A DNA stretch of 64,000 nucleotides from Macrostomum lignano. Taxonomy: Eukaryota. The DNA lies in contig NIVC01003293.1 in assembly GCA_002269645.1 (NCBI GenBank), positions 136,194 through 200,193 on the forward strand, read 5' to 3'. A model generated the notes under the pieces. It had not been told where the DNA came from, did not search any database, and was given only the letters and a program-made list of their open reading frames with translations. The translations under genes were made by a program, and so were the position numbers. This document shows positions 28,487-42,080 of the stretch, one piece after another (position 1 is the first letter of the stretch; every line of letters starts with the position of its first letter).

Positions 28487-31214
28487 ATGGCAGGTAAGTT
28501 CCGCTCTCACTGCCTGATTTTCCCCGGGCACGCACGAAGCTGTACGGCATTCAATCCGCAAATTTCAGGTGCACTGCTGCTCACTCTCTCCATCCTGGCT
28601 GCTGGAGCTGCAGCAGACACTGAGTACACGCACGTGTGGGACTCCGCTGACATGGCGCTGGGCTGCAGGCCATGGCTGTCTGTGCAGGTGAAGACCGGAG
28701 ACCTCACCGAGTTGCACAACATTACCTTCACTTTGTCCACCAGGTGAGAATTTGGTTTGACTTTGTCTGCCTTTCANNNNNNNNNNNNNNNNNNNNNNNN
28801 NNNNNNNNNNNNNNNNNNNNNNNNNNNNNNNNNNNNNNNNNNNNNNNNNNNNNNNNNNNNNNNNNNNNNNNNNNNNNNNNNNNNNNNNNNNNNNNNNNNN
28901 NNNNNNNNNNNNNNNNNNNNNNNNNNNNNNNNNNNNNNNNNNNNNNNNNNNNNNNNNNNNNNNNNNNNNNNNNNNNNNNNNNNNNNNNNNNNNNNNNNNN
29001 NNNNNNNNNNNNNNNNNNNNNNNNNNNNNNNNNNNNNNNNNNNNNNNNNNNNNNNNNNNNNNNNNNNNNNNNNNNNNNNNNNNNNNNNNNNNNNNNNNNN
29101 NNNNNNNNNNNNNNNNNNNNNNNNNNNNNNNNNNNNNNNNNNNNNNNTCGGTGGCCGCCGCGTTGTAGGTCTGGTGCCAGCGGGCGAGGCAGTGGCGGCG
29201 GACGGCAGCCTGCGCGGCAGCCAACGGGATGGGCGCGGTGCCTTGCGCCAGCGTGGAGCCTCGCTTGGCGATCTCGTCCACGGCCTCGTTGACGGGGATT
29301 CCCGCGTGGCCAGGCACCCACTGCAGGTGGACCGAGGTTCTCCGGGCCGCGAGGTCGGCGAGGCTGGCCCAGACGGCGTCGATCATGGTGGTGCCCGTCG
29401 ACCCGGGGCCGGACGCGAGCGCTCAGGGAGTCAGAGCAGATGCGGACCGGCGACAGCTCTGCCGGGTCCGGGCCGCGAGCACCCACCTAAGGGCCTCGGC
29501 GATGGCCACTAACTCGGCGTGGAAACTAGACGTCACGTGGCCAGCAGCGACGCACAGCGTGGTGTCGGGCTCGACCAGGACGCCGCTGCCGCCGTCCAGG
29601 ATGCCGTCCTTTGCCGCTCCGTCGGTCCAGACCACAATGCCGGCGGGCGGCAGGGCGGCAAGCGTCTGCTCCGCCGCAGCTCTCCGGGCCTCCGGCAGGT
29701 CACCCCGCGAGGTCGGGGAGGCCAGCTGCAGCCCAAAGGTGACGGAGTCCAGAACAGCCCAGGGAGGTGTCGTCGGGACAGCGTGGACGGGCTCTCACGG
29801 GGAGCCGCCCAGGCCCGCAGCGCTGCATACGCTGGCCGCCGTCTCGCGCCAGCCGCGGGCGCTTTGGAGGCGGCGGCGCGGGGCCAACGCTGGCCGCGCA
29901 GGCGCGCAGCGGGTTGTCATGCGGCAGCCTGAGGGCGCGCTCGTGGAGGAGGCCAGCGTGCATCTCCGCGCGGACTGCCATCGGCGGCAGTCCAGCCTCG
30001 CGCTCCAGCACCTCCGACCTGGTGTTCCGCGGACACCCGGTGATGATGCGCGCGCCCAGGCGCTGGGCTCGGTCCAGGTGGTCGATAGCCGTCTTGCAGG
30101 CCGTCGGCATCCAGGCGCCGGCAGCGTACTCCAGCACCGGCCGCACGTAGGCCGTGTAGAGCTGGCGCACGTCGCTCTGCTTGGCGCCCCAGTTTCTGCC
30201 AGACAGCGCCGCCAGGACGCCGCAGCGGGCGCGGGCGCGGCCGGCGACGTTGGCGGCGTGCGCTGAGAAGCTGAGCAGCCGGTCCAGGATGACGCCGAGG
30301 AAGCGCGGCTGGCGGTCCGTCGAGAGCGGGGAGGAACTTCCCCTCGTAAGCCTTGGGGTTTCAGCAATTCCCTCCCATAAGCCTTGACATCTCAGCGATC
30401 CCCCCCCGAAGAGTCACAGCATTATAGAAATTTCCCCCAAGCCTTGGGATCTTAACAATTCCCAAATGAATATTTCATGTTCGACATGACGCTTCCTTTA
30501 TGTTTGACATCGCTTCTTTTTGTTTTACATGAAGCTTCTTTTATTTTTGACATGACACTTCCCCTTCTATTTTTTACGTGACGCTTCTTTTATGATTTTT
30601 TCTTTTCCTTGAGTTTTTTTTTTCTCCCAAAATTTGAACCCAATTCGCTGCATTTGCAGTTTAGTCCACGGAATAAAAATATAATATATAAAATGCTCGT
30701 AAATAATGTATATTCTGCGGTTCCGTCTGTTTACGTCTAGGCTAGCTCTAATCCAACTGATGACATGAATTTTAGCAGTAAAAATAAAAATTCACATCAA
30801 GTTGGTTAGATCACAGAAATCAGTAATGACGTGATCAATTTCTCAATCATTTAGTACGAATGTAAACATATGATACAGACAGATATGTATCAGTCTATTA
30901 AAGGTAAAAATATGGTTACGCAATCTCAATCAAGTCCTGTGTTTTGCTTCCACATCGTGTTTTCAAACTGTTTTTTGAAAACCTTAAAACTTAAAACCTT
31001 AAAACATTAAAACCTGATGCAATCCTTACCAGAATCAGAACTCAGTCAGTCAGTTTTTTTCTCTAGCATTCTTAAAATGCATTTTAAAGTCGAAAAGTCA
31101 GCTTGACCTTTGCAAAAAGCATGCTTTTTGAATAATTATTCCTTTATAAAAATTCATAAAGTTTAATAAAAATCGGTTGAGCCGTTTGTCAAATCAATCA
31201 CATACCTAGGTACC

Positions 31215-31279
<65 letters not shown>

Positions 31280-34200
31280 AACATTTATAATATAGTGGAT
31301 GGAATTTAAAGATACGATCGAGCGCACATTGTGTTCATATCTCTTGAAATTACGTTTCATTGTTTTGTTTTTATTGCAAATACCTTACCGCAATATCGCG
31401 CAGGAACTGTTTACATTCCAACTATCACTATTTAGGACATTCGTCAACCAAACCGTCTTGCCAAGCGGTTATGTTCCAGACGAAAAACACCTGCTGCTGG
31501 CTCTGATGTTCGACACCGGCATGACCAACTGGCGCCACCAGTCCTTCTGCATCCCCGGAACCCCGTGCCGATCCAGCTTTAACAAGGAAATCCTTAGCCA
31601 GGATAAAAGTTTTGGCCTCGTGGTAACTTACAAATGGAAGGATTCATTGCCTAAGGAGGTCAAGACAAAAAAATACAATGAAGATTGTCCAGTGCTATGC
31701 ACAGGTAAGGCTTACATATAGTGGCTGCGGCTAACACCAGCATTATGTTTTTACCCTAGCCCTCTTCCATAAACTGCATTCGCACGCATCGAAATCATTT
31801 GCAGCCATGACCTGCCCTAATCCGCACACTGATGACCAGCTGAATGAAAAGAATCTTATCTGCACCTCCTGGAACAGCAGTCGGACGGCAGCAGAGCTGC
31901 AACTCAGGAAGCTGCCGTTTCAGCAAATTGAGTACACCTGTGTGCCGAATTTCGTCTTTCTCGGTGCGGAGAGCAACACCAGCTTTGTCAGACGATGCAC
32001 CCAGGTAAAAAATATACCCGCTATCTGATTCTTCTTTTAAATCCTGCTTCTAATCTTTAAACACATCCAGATTAGTTTCGTCTCGATACCAAAGTATCCC
32101 TTCGAAAATTGAGTTATGGATACGTGCACAGGAATATAAAGTTTACCTAGGCCAATAGAGAAAAACAGGTTCAGCGTCACCTATAGAGTGTCCTTTAAAT
32201 TCTTCACTAGCTATATAATAGGTAAATCAACTTTGAGGTTTGTCGAAAGTACCGCAAAACAATTAACGTTGCTACAAAGTTAACTTTTTTTGTTTTAACG
32301 CATCCACTAGCAATATTTGAAAAGCTGAACTAGTTGCGATAATGAAGCTTCGATAAAAAGTTTCGACTGCCGAGTTGATAGATAATTATAACAAAGGCAT
32401 AAAAGAAGTCTACAGATGCCAGCATACTTACTTGACTTTGCTGTAGGGGGCTCCGCATAGTCAGCATAAGTCACTCATTTACGAGTAAAATCGAACGTGA
32501 AATTGCTTTGAGTGTTGCAATCCCCTATCGAGCTATTTATCGGAAACTTCTCAAATGCTTCACCATGCTGAATCATTTGCTTGTGAGGCACTTTTTGACA
32601 GTGACCGCCGGATTTCAACGACCCCCAGGTCAATTCGATTATCGATGGGAGGCAGATCGGAGTATCATCAGAGTATCCAGACTCAGCCAGAGGATCTGCA
32701 AGCCAATTGATTAATTCACCCAGTCCGGAGACCATCTAGACGCTCGTTTAAGCTCAGCTCAGAGTTTCGTTCTCATTTATTACTCATCACTCCATTGAAT
32801 CTGCTCTCGGGAAGGTGCGGCGGAATGGATGCATTATGATATATGAAATCCATTTCGTCTTCGATATTTAGCTTAAAGCTGACGCAGACATTCAGATATC
32901 TCACTGTCGTTGTATCTAGGTCTTAATCATGAGAAAATTACAGTATAAGATCCCGGATGCGATCTGATTCTTTTTCTGGAATAGATTGCTTGCGGCTCTG
33001 ATGTTCCTGCGGTGGAGTCAAAGCAGTGCCTGTGGGGGGAGACGAGGGACAGCAGTGGGAGTTGCCGGCAGTCGGGCGCGTCAGCCCCCTCTCCCTGTGC
33101 TGTGATTAGACGTCAGCCACTGGTTAATCCGAGTGGTGACAACGGCGGTGGGGATGGGGGCAATAGGCAGGGTACCAGTAAAAGACCCGGTCGAGCCAGC
33201 CTTGGCCAGGCCATCGGCCAGCTTCTTGCCGAGGTGATCCGAGTGCCCGGGATCCACCTAAGAAACACCTTTTTGGAGGCGATTAAGTGGTTAAGCTGCG
33301 TGATACAGTCGAGGACTATGCGCGAGCAAGTGGTGTTGCGCCCAAGGTCATGGATCGCCGGAGAGTGGAGGGTAATCTCCTTCCCTCATACATGCTGATT
33401 GTACTGTACAGCTCTATGATTCAGGAGCAGATAGCGAGAATGTCGCTCTGACGGTAAAGGAAATGCCGGTGGGCTGGGAGAAGGTCGCCACGATGCTCCC
33501 TCCAGCCACGATGCAGAAGCCGTAGCCAGATGTGGAGCTGATTTGAGACCCGTCAGTGAAGCAGCGGATTTCACGGGGTTGCCAGTTGTTCCTTGATTAG
33601 TGGCATAGTGGAATGCAGCCGTGGGAGATTTCTCAAGAGTAGCCGACGCCCGGAGTCCGCCCATTTGTCAGATGTCTCAACTCCTCTGCGGTATTCGCAG
33701 AGTTGTCGACACCCTCAGAGGTAGCAGATGAGGCAGCTTCCGTTCTTCTCTGTTCTTGAGCTTTTTTCTCTGGCGGAATTTCTGCAAGCGGGTGATGCTA
33801 CGGGCCTTCTTTTTGGAGATTTGACGCCGGCTACTCTCTGTTGTCCATCGACTTTAGTATTTTACTGAGAGGCGGCAGGGTTGTTGGAATCAGATGACGA
33901 ATTGGGGTTAAGATGAGGGACAGCAGGGCCGTAATTCTAAAGCCAACAGCCAGCAACCGGGGTTGGCTGGAGTCCATGCCAGCACGACCGCTAGCACCCG
34001 AGAAACTCCTCGGCTAGGATCCCGACTTGAAAAAACCAGAGGCTGAACCAAATATCACGATACTACATAGGCCCCCTGAGAGAGAAAGGGAGGCTGTCTC
34101 CAAAGCATGCAGACAACCTACATACCCCAATTCGGACGGAGCCACTGGATGCATTGCCAGCGCCGGACCCCAGTCTGTCCAGCAGCCCTAGGGTCTGCCT

Positions 34201-37200
34201 AGACAGCTTGGAGAGGTGTCTGTAATGCAGTATTCCCATCAGCCTTGTCCTGCTCCTACTATATATAGAAAGAGACGTGAAGCATCGCAGACCAGAGCCC
34301 GTAGACCCACTTTGTCTTATAGTTCGTAATTCACATGCATGCTGGAATGCCAATGCAAGCGCTGTGTATGCACATAAGAAACAAAAATCTTACGCTCTAA
34401 GGGCAATAATTTGTTGCAAAAAATTGAATTTAGTCCATCACAAAATTAACAACTAAACTAACTGCCAAATAAAAGCACAAAAACCTATTTTTTTTAAACA
34501 GGATGCGGTGTGGGACAGTGGAATCCCGACCTGCGTGTCGCTGCCGTGCACTCAGATGCCCGTCTATCCAAACGAAACAGCCGTCATAAAAAGCTTTACA
34601 TTCAGAAGCGTCACTTACAATTTTGCTGATGGCCAGCTTCTTGTGCACCTCTTGTCGAATGGAACCTTTCGTCCAGGCGACAAGATCGAGATCGAGTGCA
34701 AATTGGGGTTTACAGGCTCCAGCCAGACCGCCTCCTGCATGCCTGGCGGAAGCTGGAGCCCCGTCACCATGGACTGCAGCCCCGGATACTGCGGCGGCGT
34801 CTCCGTCCCTCCGACGGTGGCCAACTCGCAGGCCAACGCCACCCTCGGAAACACCTCCTGGGAGGGCGCCAGCCTCGCCTTCACCTGCAACACAAACTAC
34901 AGCGTCGGCGGCCTCCCCAACGGATCTGTCAGCTTCGTCATCAGCTGCATCAACAGCAGCTGGACCTCGTTCGCCCACCTGAACTGTCGACCGACCGCCT
35001 GCTCGAGTCTGCCGCCGGGACTGGGAAACTCCAGCCTGTACAGCTCGCTGAACCTCGAGCAGGAGCTGCAGACGGGTCTGCCGGCTTCAGGAGTGCAGGT
35101 CGACGACAGCCTCAGCTACGAGTGTCGGCCCGGCTTCGTTCGGACGACGCAGAACCGGCGATTGAGCATCTTCTGCAGGCTGGGAGACCGCTGGGAGCCG
35201 GACGTTCCCGGTCCGTGCCAGCTGCTCAACTGCTCACAGCCGGATGCCATCGTGCTGCAGCCTCAGGCTGCTCGCATGACCGTCATCAATGCATCGTTCA
35301 ACTTTGCTAACAGCTCGCACCTGCCCTACACAAGTTTGGTGCGGCTGAGCTGCGAGGAGCCGTACTTTGCCATGCCGGGCAGCAGCGAGCTGGCCGTGTG
35401 CGGACTGTCAGACGGAGATCCGCCTGCGGCAGTGTGGCGCAGCGTCGGCTCAAATGTGGCCTTCAGCTGCCGCAGTAAGCAGCTTGTCATTATTGCTTCT
35501 AATCCGAAACTTGGAGTGGTGGCTTGCAAAAGAATGTACACCAATCTGGGCAATCTAGTTATAGATACCGGTTTTATAATATTTGTATTAAACTGCCATC
35601 ATTTTTAATAACAAGCCATCTCCGAATCTTTTGTAGAGCACTGCAACAACAGTCTCTTGGCGCAGCTGGTGGGATTCGGACTCGTCGACTTCCCCACCAG
35701 CTCCTACACGGATCCCGACCGAGTTGCCAACGTCACCTGCCTTTCGAACGCCTTCGCTCCGCTGGCGGCGAACGTCAGTCTACAGAGCGACTCGCAGTTC
35801 CTCCTACAGGCGGTCTGCACTGCCGGTGACTGGACGGTGCTCAACCAGCTGCTGCTGCCGACATCGGAGACTCTGTGCCAGCCGAAGCCCTGTCTGTTGC
35901 CTACCAACCTGAGTCGATCTACAGCCGTGCCCAGCAACAACCTGGGAAACGTGACTACGGGAGACGGTCAGGTGTACCTGCCAGTGAACAGCAGCGTGGA
36001 AGTGAGGTGCTGGCCCAACAGCCGCTTCGTGGACGCGTACGCGAGCTCTCGGACGGCGACATGTGAAGCAGGTTTGATTTTTCTCATTTTTGCTGCTAAA
36101 TCTGGTTGCTAGCTCGTATAATTTTTCATCAAAATTTGTATCATTTAGGAATTTAATAGACAAATGTACTCGTAATAGCTCGTATATAGGATTCTTTAAA
36201 TTTTCAATGCCAACTATTACCTTACCTGATTCTTGAAATCGAATAATCAATTTACTGATAGTTTATAGAAGTGCTTTTCGTGTGGATAAATAAAAATCGC
36301 CTAGGAATGACATGAGCAATTGGCAGGACAATTACCAGACAAACAAGTAAGCAACTAACCCAGGCACATGAAATAAATTAACAACGCATATTTCTCAGGC
36401 CCCCAGTGGAGCACAGATGGCTCCATGAACTGCCAGCCGATCGTCTGTCTGGACAGCCAATTTGGTCCTAAAATGGATCCCAGCATTCTGGTCGGTCCTC
36501 TGAACGCCTCCATCCTGGCCGAGTCTGCGACCGGGCCGTTCCTCATCGGAGACCAGGTGGCCTTCGCGTGCCGGGAGAACATCTCACAATCAGGTCCCGT
36601 TCTGCTCAACTGCACCGCTGATTTGAACTTCACGGGCATTTGGCAGCCGAATGCTGTAGAGCCTTTCTGTCCAAGTAATTTAATGCTATGTGCGTTGATC
36701 AGAGAAGAGTCTTTTTATTATCAAACGCTCTTATGCGCAACAAATGTAAACAATCCACAGGACACTGCAGCAACAGTCAGTTAGATCAGACTACGGGAGA
36801 CGGTCAGGTGTACCTGCCAGTGAACAGCACCGTGGAAGTGAGGTGCTGGCCCAACAGCCGTTTTGTGGACGCGTACGCGAGCTCACGGACGAAGACATGC
36901 GAGCTAGGTCTGATTCGATCGTTATGGAAATATTTTTCTTTGCCAGTTCTTTAAGCTCCGAGGGCAGTTTCGAATCTAAAACTCCAGCTAAACGGGCGAC
37001 TTTATCCTGAGTTTCTGGGATTAATTATTTGTAAATCTAGGTCATTGAAATTTTAAAACCGTACCTCACGAATCTCATCTGCAGGACTTTGACAGAGCGC
37101 GTGCGTAAGGGTGTACGTAGCATTACCGAAATAAAAAGCAATAAGTTAGGAATCACGAACATAATTCGCCCTAAATGATAAAGATTTTAACTGTGTACTC

Positions 37201-39197
37201 GAATTAAGTTTAAATGAAAATTAGAAATAGCTTCGAAATGAAATGAATCAGATGATTAACTGGCAAGCCAAATACCAGACAAACGAATAAGCAACTAACC
37301 CAGGCCCATCAAATACCAGAGAATTAACAACGTATATTTCCCAGGACCTCAGTGGAGCGCAGGAGGCTCCATGAACTGCCAGCCGATCGTCTGTCCGGAC
37401 AGCCAATTTGGTCCTGAAATCGATCCTAGCATTCTGGTCGGTCCTCTGAACGCCTCCATCCTAGCCGAGTCTGCGACCGGGCCGTTCCTCATCGGAGACC
37501 AGGTGGCCTTCGCGTGCCGGGAGAACGTCTCACAATCAGGTCCCGTTCTGCTCAACTGCACCGCTGATTCGAACTTCACGGGCATTTGGCAGCCGAATGC
37601 TGCAGAGCGTTTCTGTCCAAGTAATTTAATGCTATGTGTGTTGATTAGAGAAGAGTCTTTTTATTATCAAACGCTCTTATGCGCAACAAATGTAAACAAT
37701 CCACAGGACACTGCAGCAACAGTCAGTTAGATCAGCTTGTGGGCTATGGACAGGCGGTCTTCTACAGCAGTCCCAACACCGGGTCAAATCACTCTGCCAA
37801 CGTCACCTGCTTTTTGAGTGCTTTCGCTCCGCTTGTGAACAGCAGCATGTACGGCGGCTCCCAGTTCTCAATGCAGGCGGTCTGCAACGATGGAAACTGG
37901 ACGGTGCTTAACCAGCTGCTGCTGCCGACATCGGAGACTCTGTGCCAGCCGAAGCCCTGTCTGTTGCCTACCAACCTGACTCGATCTACAGCCGTTCCCA
38001 GCAACAACCTGGGAAACGTGACTACGGGAGACGGTCAGGTGTACCTGCCAGTGAACAGCACCGTGGAAGTGAGGTGCTGGTCCAACAGCCGTTTTGTGGA
38101 CGCGTACGCGAGCTCACGGACGGCGACATGCGAGCTAGGTAAGATTAGTGTTTCGGTTTGAGTCGTATTTTTATAACGATGTCCTTCAATTTTATTGTTT
38201 TATTCAAACCGTTAAAATGTGAACAGGTGTGATGTCTTGAATATAATAGCAAAGAGGGTTGGACCGTTCTAGTGCAGCATTTCTCAATCTAGGCCGAATT
38301 TTGGATATCAGAAGCAGCGAAGTTGTTTGATCCAAGCGACTGAAAGGCCCGCGAATTGAATATCCGCAGGTTGAGCAGCAGGAGACATGCGAAATATGAA
38401 TACAATATATTTTATCGCTTTTTCTGTGTAAGGTGTTTGCTTATACACATACGCTTATACTGATATGCATACAACTTGTAAATCTAAAGGAACGTGCAAA
38501 ATTATCCCAGGGCCTCATTTGAGCGCCGGCGGCTCCATGAACTGCCAGCCGATCGTCTGTCCGGACAGTCACTTCGGTCCCGGAATCGATCCTAGCATTC
38601 TGGTCGGTCCTCTGAACGCCTCCGTTCTGGCCGAGTCTGCGACAGGGCCGTTCCTCATCGGAGACCAGGTGGTCTTCGCGTGCCAGGAGAACGTCTCCTC
38701 TTCGGGCTCAGTGCTGCTCAACTGCGCGGCTGCACCGAATTTCACAGCCGTTTGGCAGCCGAGCTTAAGTCCACCGTATTGCCCAGGTGAGTGTTTTGAT
38801 GCTGCTCGGAGATAATTAAGGCAATTGCAGGTAAGTTAAGCGCTGGTAAGTGCAGAGGAGCAAATGAATTTATTGTTTCTAGATAAGTTATGCAATAAGA
38901 GCCAAAACTTGTGGAAAGGATCAAGATGTCCTAGTTAGTGCTGCTAGTGCTCTAGGGTTTCATCCGTGGTCATTAATCTCACGCAGCTTTCAGTCTCATT
39001 ATCCTCATCTCGTTGAATCTAACAATTCCTGTTTGCCTGGTTATCTAGCTCTCGGCTTTGTTTGTGCAACACTCAGGAATGAGATACCGCAGACTACCAG
39101 ACACTATTGCAACATTTGCGGATATTTAACCAATATTTGGTCGCATTTACTATTTTTCCCTCTGCTCCTCTGCTGTTTGCTGTTGGCGTCGTGCTGA
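28487..39197 (+). CDS. Secreted/surface C-type-lectin + Sushi(CCP)-repeat protein, copy 1
   Basis: Exons 28487-28493 and 28569-28743 (signal peptide MAGALLLTLSILAAGAAA; link across the gap is inferred), 31436-31704, 31805-32004, 34502-35474, 35637-36071, 36399-36674, 36761-36907, 37345-37620, 37707-38138, 38511-38786 and a candidate last exon 39049-39197 (..HLLFFPLLLCCLLLASC*, AATAAA at 39370). About 13 four-Cys modules with C..(G)F/Y..C..W..C spacing. Confidence 0.8.
28777..29147. other. Assembly gap (371 N)
   Basis: Run of N; true length unknown. Confidence 1.
29148..30340 (-). mobile_element. GC-rich non-LTR retrotransposon fragment (RT C-terminus + RNase H; I/Ingi-like), frameshifted, 5'-truncated
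   Basis: PRFLGVILDRLLSF..NWGAKQSDVRQLYTAYVRPVLEYAAGAW..QRLGARIITG, then VWTDGA..AELVAIAEAL..CSDSLSA..LQWVPGHAGIPVNEAVDEIAKRG, in changing frames. Confidence 0.93.
30341..31299 (-). mobile_element. Helitron-like family copy, 3' part cut off by the retrotransposon
   Basis: A|TCcactatattataaa 5' end at 31299, (AG)n tract at 31217-31276, aaaatcggttgagccg core, and short degenerate acatgacgcttc repeats at 30480-30600. Confidence 0.7.
33186..33592 (-). mobile_element. Degenerate non-LTR-type RNase H remnant
   Basis: EIRCFTDGSQISSTSGYG near 33560 and VFLRWIPG..LADGLAKAG (frameshifted) near 33250. Confidence 0.75.
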
Positions 39198-40929
39198 TTG
39201 TAACAAAATTGAAATCATTATGCAGAATAATCATTGCATTAACTAAGCTTTGTTTTCGTTACTTCTGACTCTGTAAGCTTTCTACACGATATTTTACAGA
39301 ATTGTAATTACTGTTCACTGGGATTTTTATTGAGGACATAAACTACTTTCTTTTGACAACCAGTCTTTCAATAAAATGCATCCTTTTAGTGCTAATCCAA
39401 ATAACCTATTTATTGACAAGCAAGTCTTGGGGCAGCAGATACATGTACTTGTTTGTTTAACCAATAACATTTGAATGCGCAATTTTCTTCCCGTTTTGAA
39501 TGCTTCAGCTCTAAACTTTATTTGAATACTTTTTTTTTAATTACAATATCCAAAAAGCCGAGGTTCAAACATTAGATGTCTCTACTAGCAATCTAGCGCC
39601 CCCCTTCGGGGTGGCCAATAAGCAAGGGACGAATCCTTTAAAATGAAAAAAAATTCTTAGGGAGGGGGGCTAGGAATCGAATTCTCATTTTAATTCCAGG
39701 CTTATGTACCAATAAAACATGTTTGTGCAGAATTTTATAACAGACATTGAAATTCAACCATACTTGCCTTCTTTCAGAGCTACTTCTACCAGTATGCTTC
39801 AGTACGCTACCAGTACCCGTGTAAGCCTTGACATGTCAGCAATCCCCCCCCCCACAAGCCTTAACATATCAACTCCCCCCTTGACATCTCAGCGATGCTC
39901 CCATAAGCCTTGAAATCTTAAAAAATCTGTCTACTTTCTAACCCTAACCCTAACCCTAACCCTAACCCTAACCCTAACCCTAACCCTAACCCTAACCCTA
40001 AAGCATTGAAATTTCAGTAATTCTCTCTAAGAGTCTATAGCACTACTACAGCATTAAAGCGATTCCCTGCAAGCCTCGACATCGTAGGGATTCCCAAATG
40101 AATCTCTTAACTTCGACATGAAGCTTCTTTTTTTTACATTACGCTTTTTCTATCAGCGATCCCTCCCGTGAGGAGCCAACAAATAATGTAATAACTTTTT
40201 TCCAATAAACTACATGTAGCTTCTGACATTAGCCTTGACATCTCATTTATTCCCCCGTGAGCCTTGACATCTCAGCTATAGATAGATAGATAGATAGATT
40301 CCCCTCGTAAGCCTTGACATGTCAGCGATGCCCCCCATAAACCTTGAAATCTAAAAAATCCCCTGTTAACCTTGAAACGCGCTAAAATCTAACCCTCAAC
40401 CCAAACCTGACGTAAACCTAACTTTTACCCAACCTAAAGCCTTGAAATCACAGCAATTCTTCTTCCCTAAGCCTTGGCATTTAAGTGATTCCTTCTTTAA
40501 GAATCACAGCACTATAACGATTCCCTCCAAGCTTTGACATCGTAGCAATTCCCAAATGAATCTTTTAACTTTGACATGACTTTTATTTTATGTATACATA
40601 GTGCTCCTTTTATTTTTACATGACTCTTCTTCTATCAGCGCCCCCCCCCCACCGTGGCAAGCCAACAAAGAATGCAATAAAAAAACTTAAGTAAAGTACA
40701 TGTACTTTGAAGTAGCTTCTGACTTTTGCTTTAACATCTCAGAAACCCCCTGTAATCTCAGTTATTCTCTGTGAGCCTTGACGTCTCAGTGATTCTCCCC
40801 AGCACAGCACTATAGCTTCATTTAATTTTTATGACACTTGTTTCATGTCTGACATGACGCTTATTTTGATTTTTACGTTACGCTTCTTTTATTCTTCCAT
40901 GATGCTTCTTAATTTTTTAAAAGACACAC

Positions 40930-42080
40930 TTTCATTAGTTTTTATATGAGGCTTCTATGATTTTTTCATGACGCTTCTATGCTAACATGACGCTTCTATG
41001 CTTGTTTACATGACGCTTTTATGATTGTTTACATGACGCTTTTATGATTGTTTACATGACGCTTCTATGATTGTTTACATGACGCTTGTATGATTGTTTA
41101 CATGACGCTTCTATGATTTTTTACATGACGCTTCTATGATTTTTACATGACGCTACTATGATTTTTACATGACGCTTCTATGATTTTTTCATGACGCTTC
41201 TATGATTTTTACATGACGCTTCTATGATTTTTACATGACGCTTCTATGATTTTTTACATGACGCTTCTATGATTGTTTACATGACGCTTCTATGATTGTT
41301 TACATGACGCTTCTATGATTTTTAAGACGCTTTTATGATTTTAACATGACGCTTCTATGATTTTTTACATGACGCTTCTATGATTGTTTACATGACGCTT
41401 GTATGATTGTTTACATGACGCTTTATGATTTTAACATGACGCTTCTATGATTGTTTACATGACGCTTCTATGATTTTTACATGACGCTTCTATGATTTTT
41501 ACATGACGCTTCTATGATTTTTTCATGACGCTTCTATGATTTTTACATGACGCTTCTATGATTTTTACATGACGCTTCTATGATTTTTTACATGACGCTT
41601 CTATGATTGTTTACATGACGCTTCTATGATTGTTTACATGACGCTTCTATGATTGTTTACATGACGCTTTTATGATTGTTTAAATGACGCTTCTATGATT
41701 TTTACATGACGCTTCTATGATTGTTTACATGACGCTTCTATGATTGTTTACATGACGCTTCTATGATTGTTTACATGACGCTTGTATGATTGTTTACATG
41801 ACGCTTCTATGATTTTTTATGACGCTTTTATGATTTTAACATGACGCTTCTATGATTTTTTACATGACGCTTCTATGATTGTTTACATGACGCTTGTATG
41901 ATTGTTTACATGACGCTTGTATGATTTTAACATGACTCTTCTATGATTGTTTGCATGACGCTTTTATGATTTTAACATGACGCTTCTATGATTGTTTACA
42001 TGACGCTTCTATGATTGTTTACATGACGCTTCTATGATTGTTTACATGACGCTTGTATGATTGTTTACATGACGCTTCCA
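40930..42080. repeat. ~20-21-bp satellite (ACATGACGCTTCTATGATT[G]TTT)
   Basis: About 55 tandem units. Confidence 0.96.

Noticed and set aside
39938-40000. True chromosome end
   Set aside because: Short internal tract flanked by element sequence on both sides.
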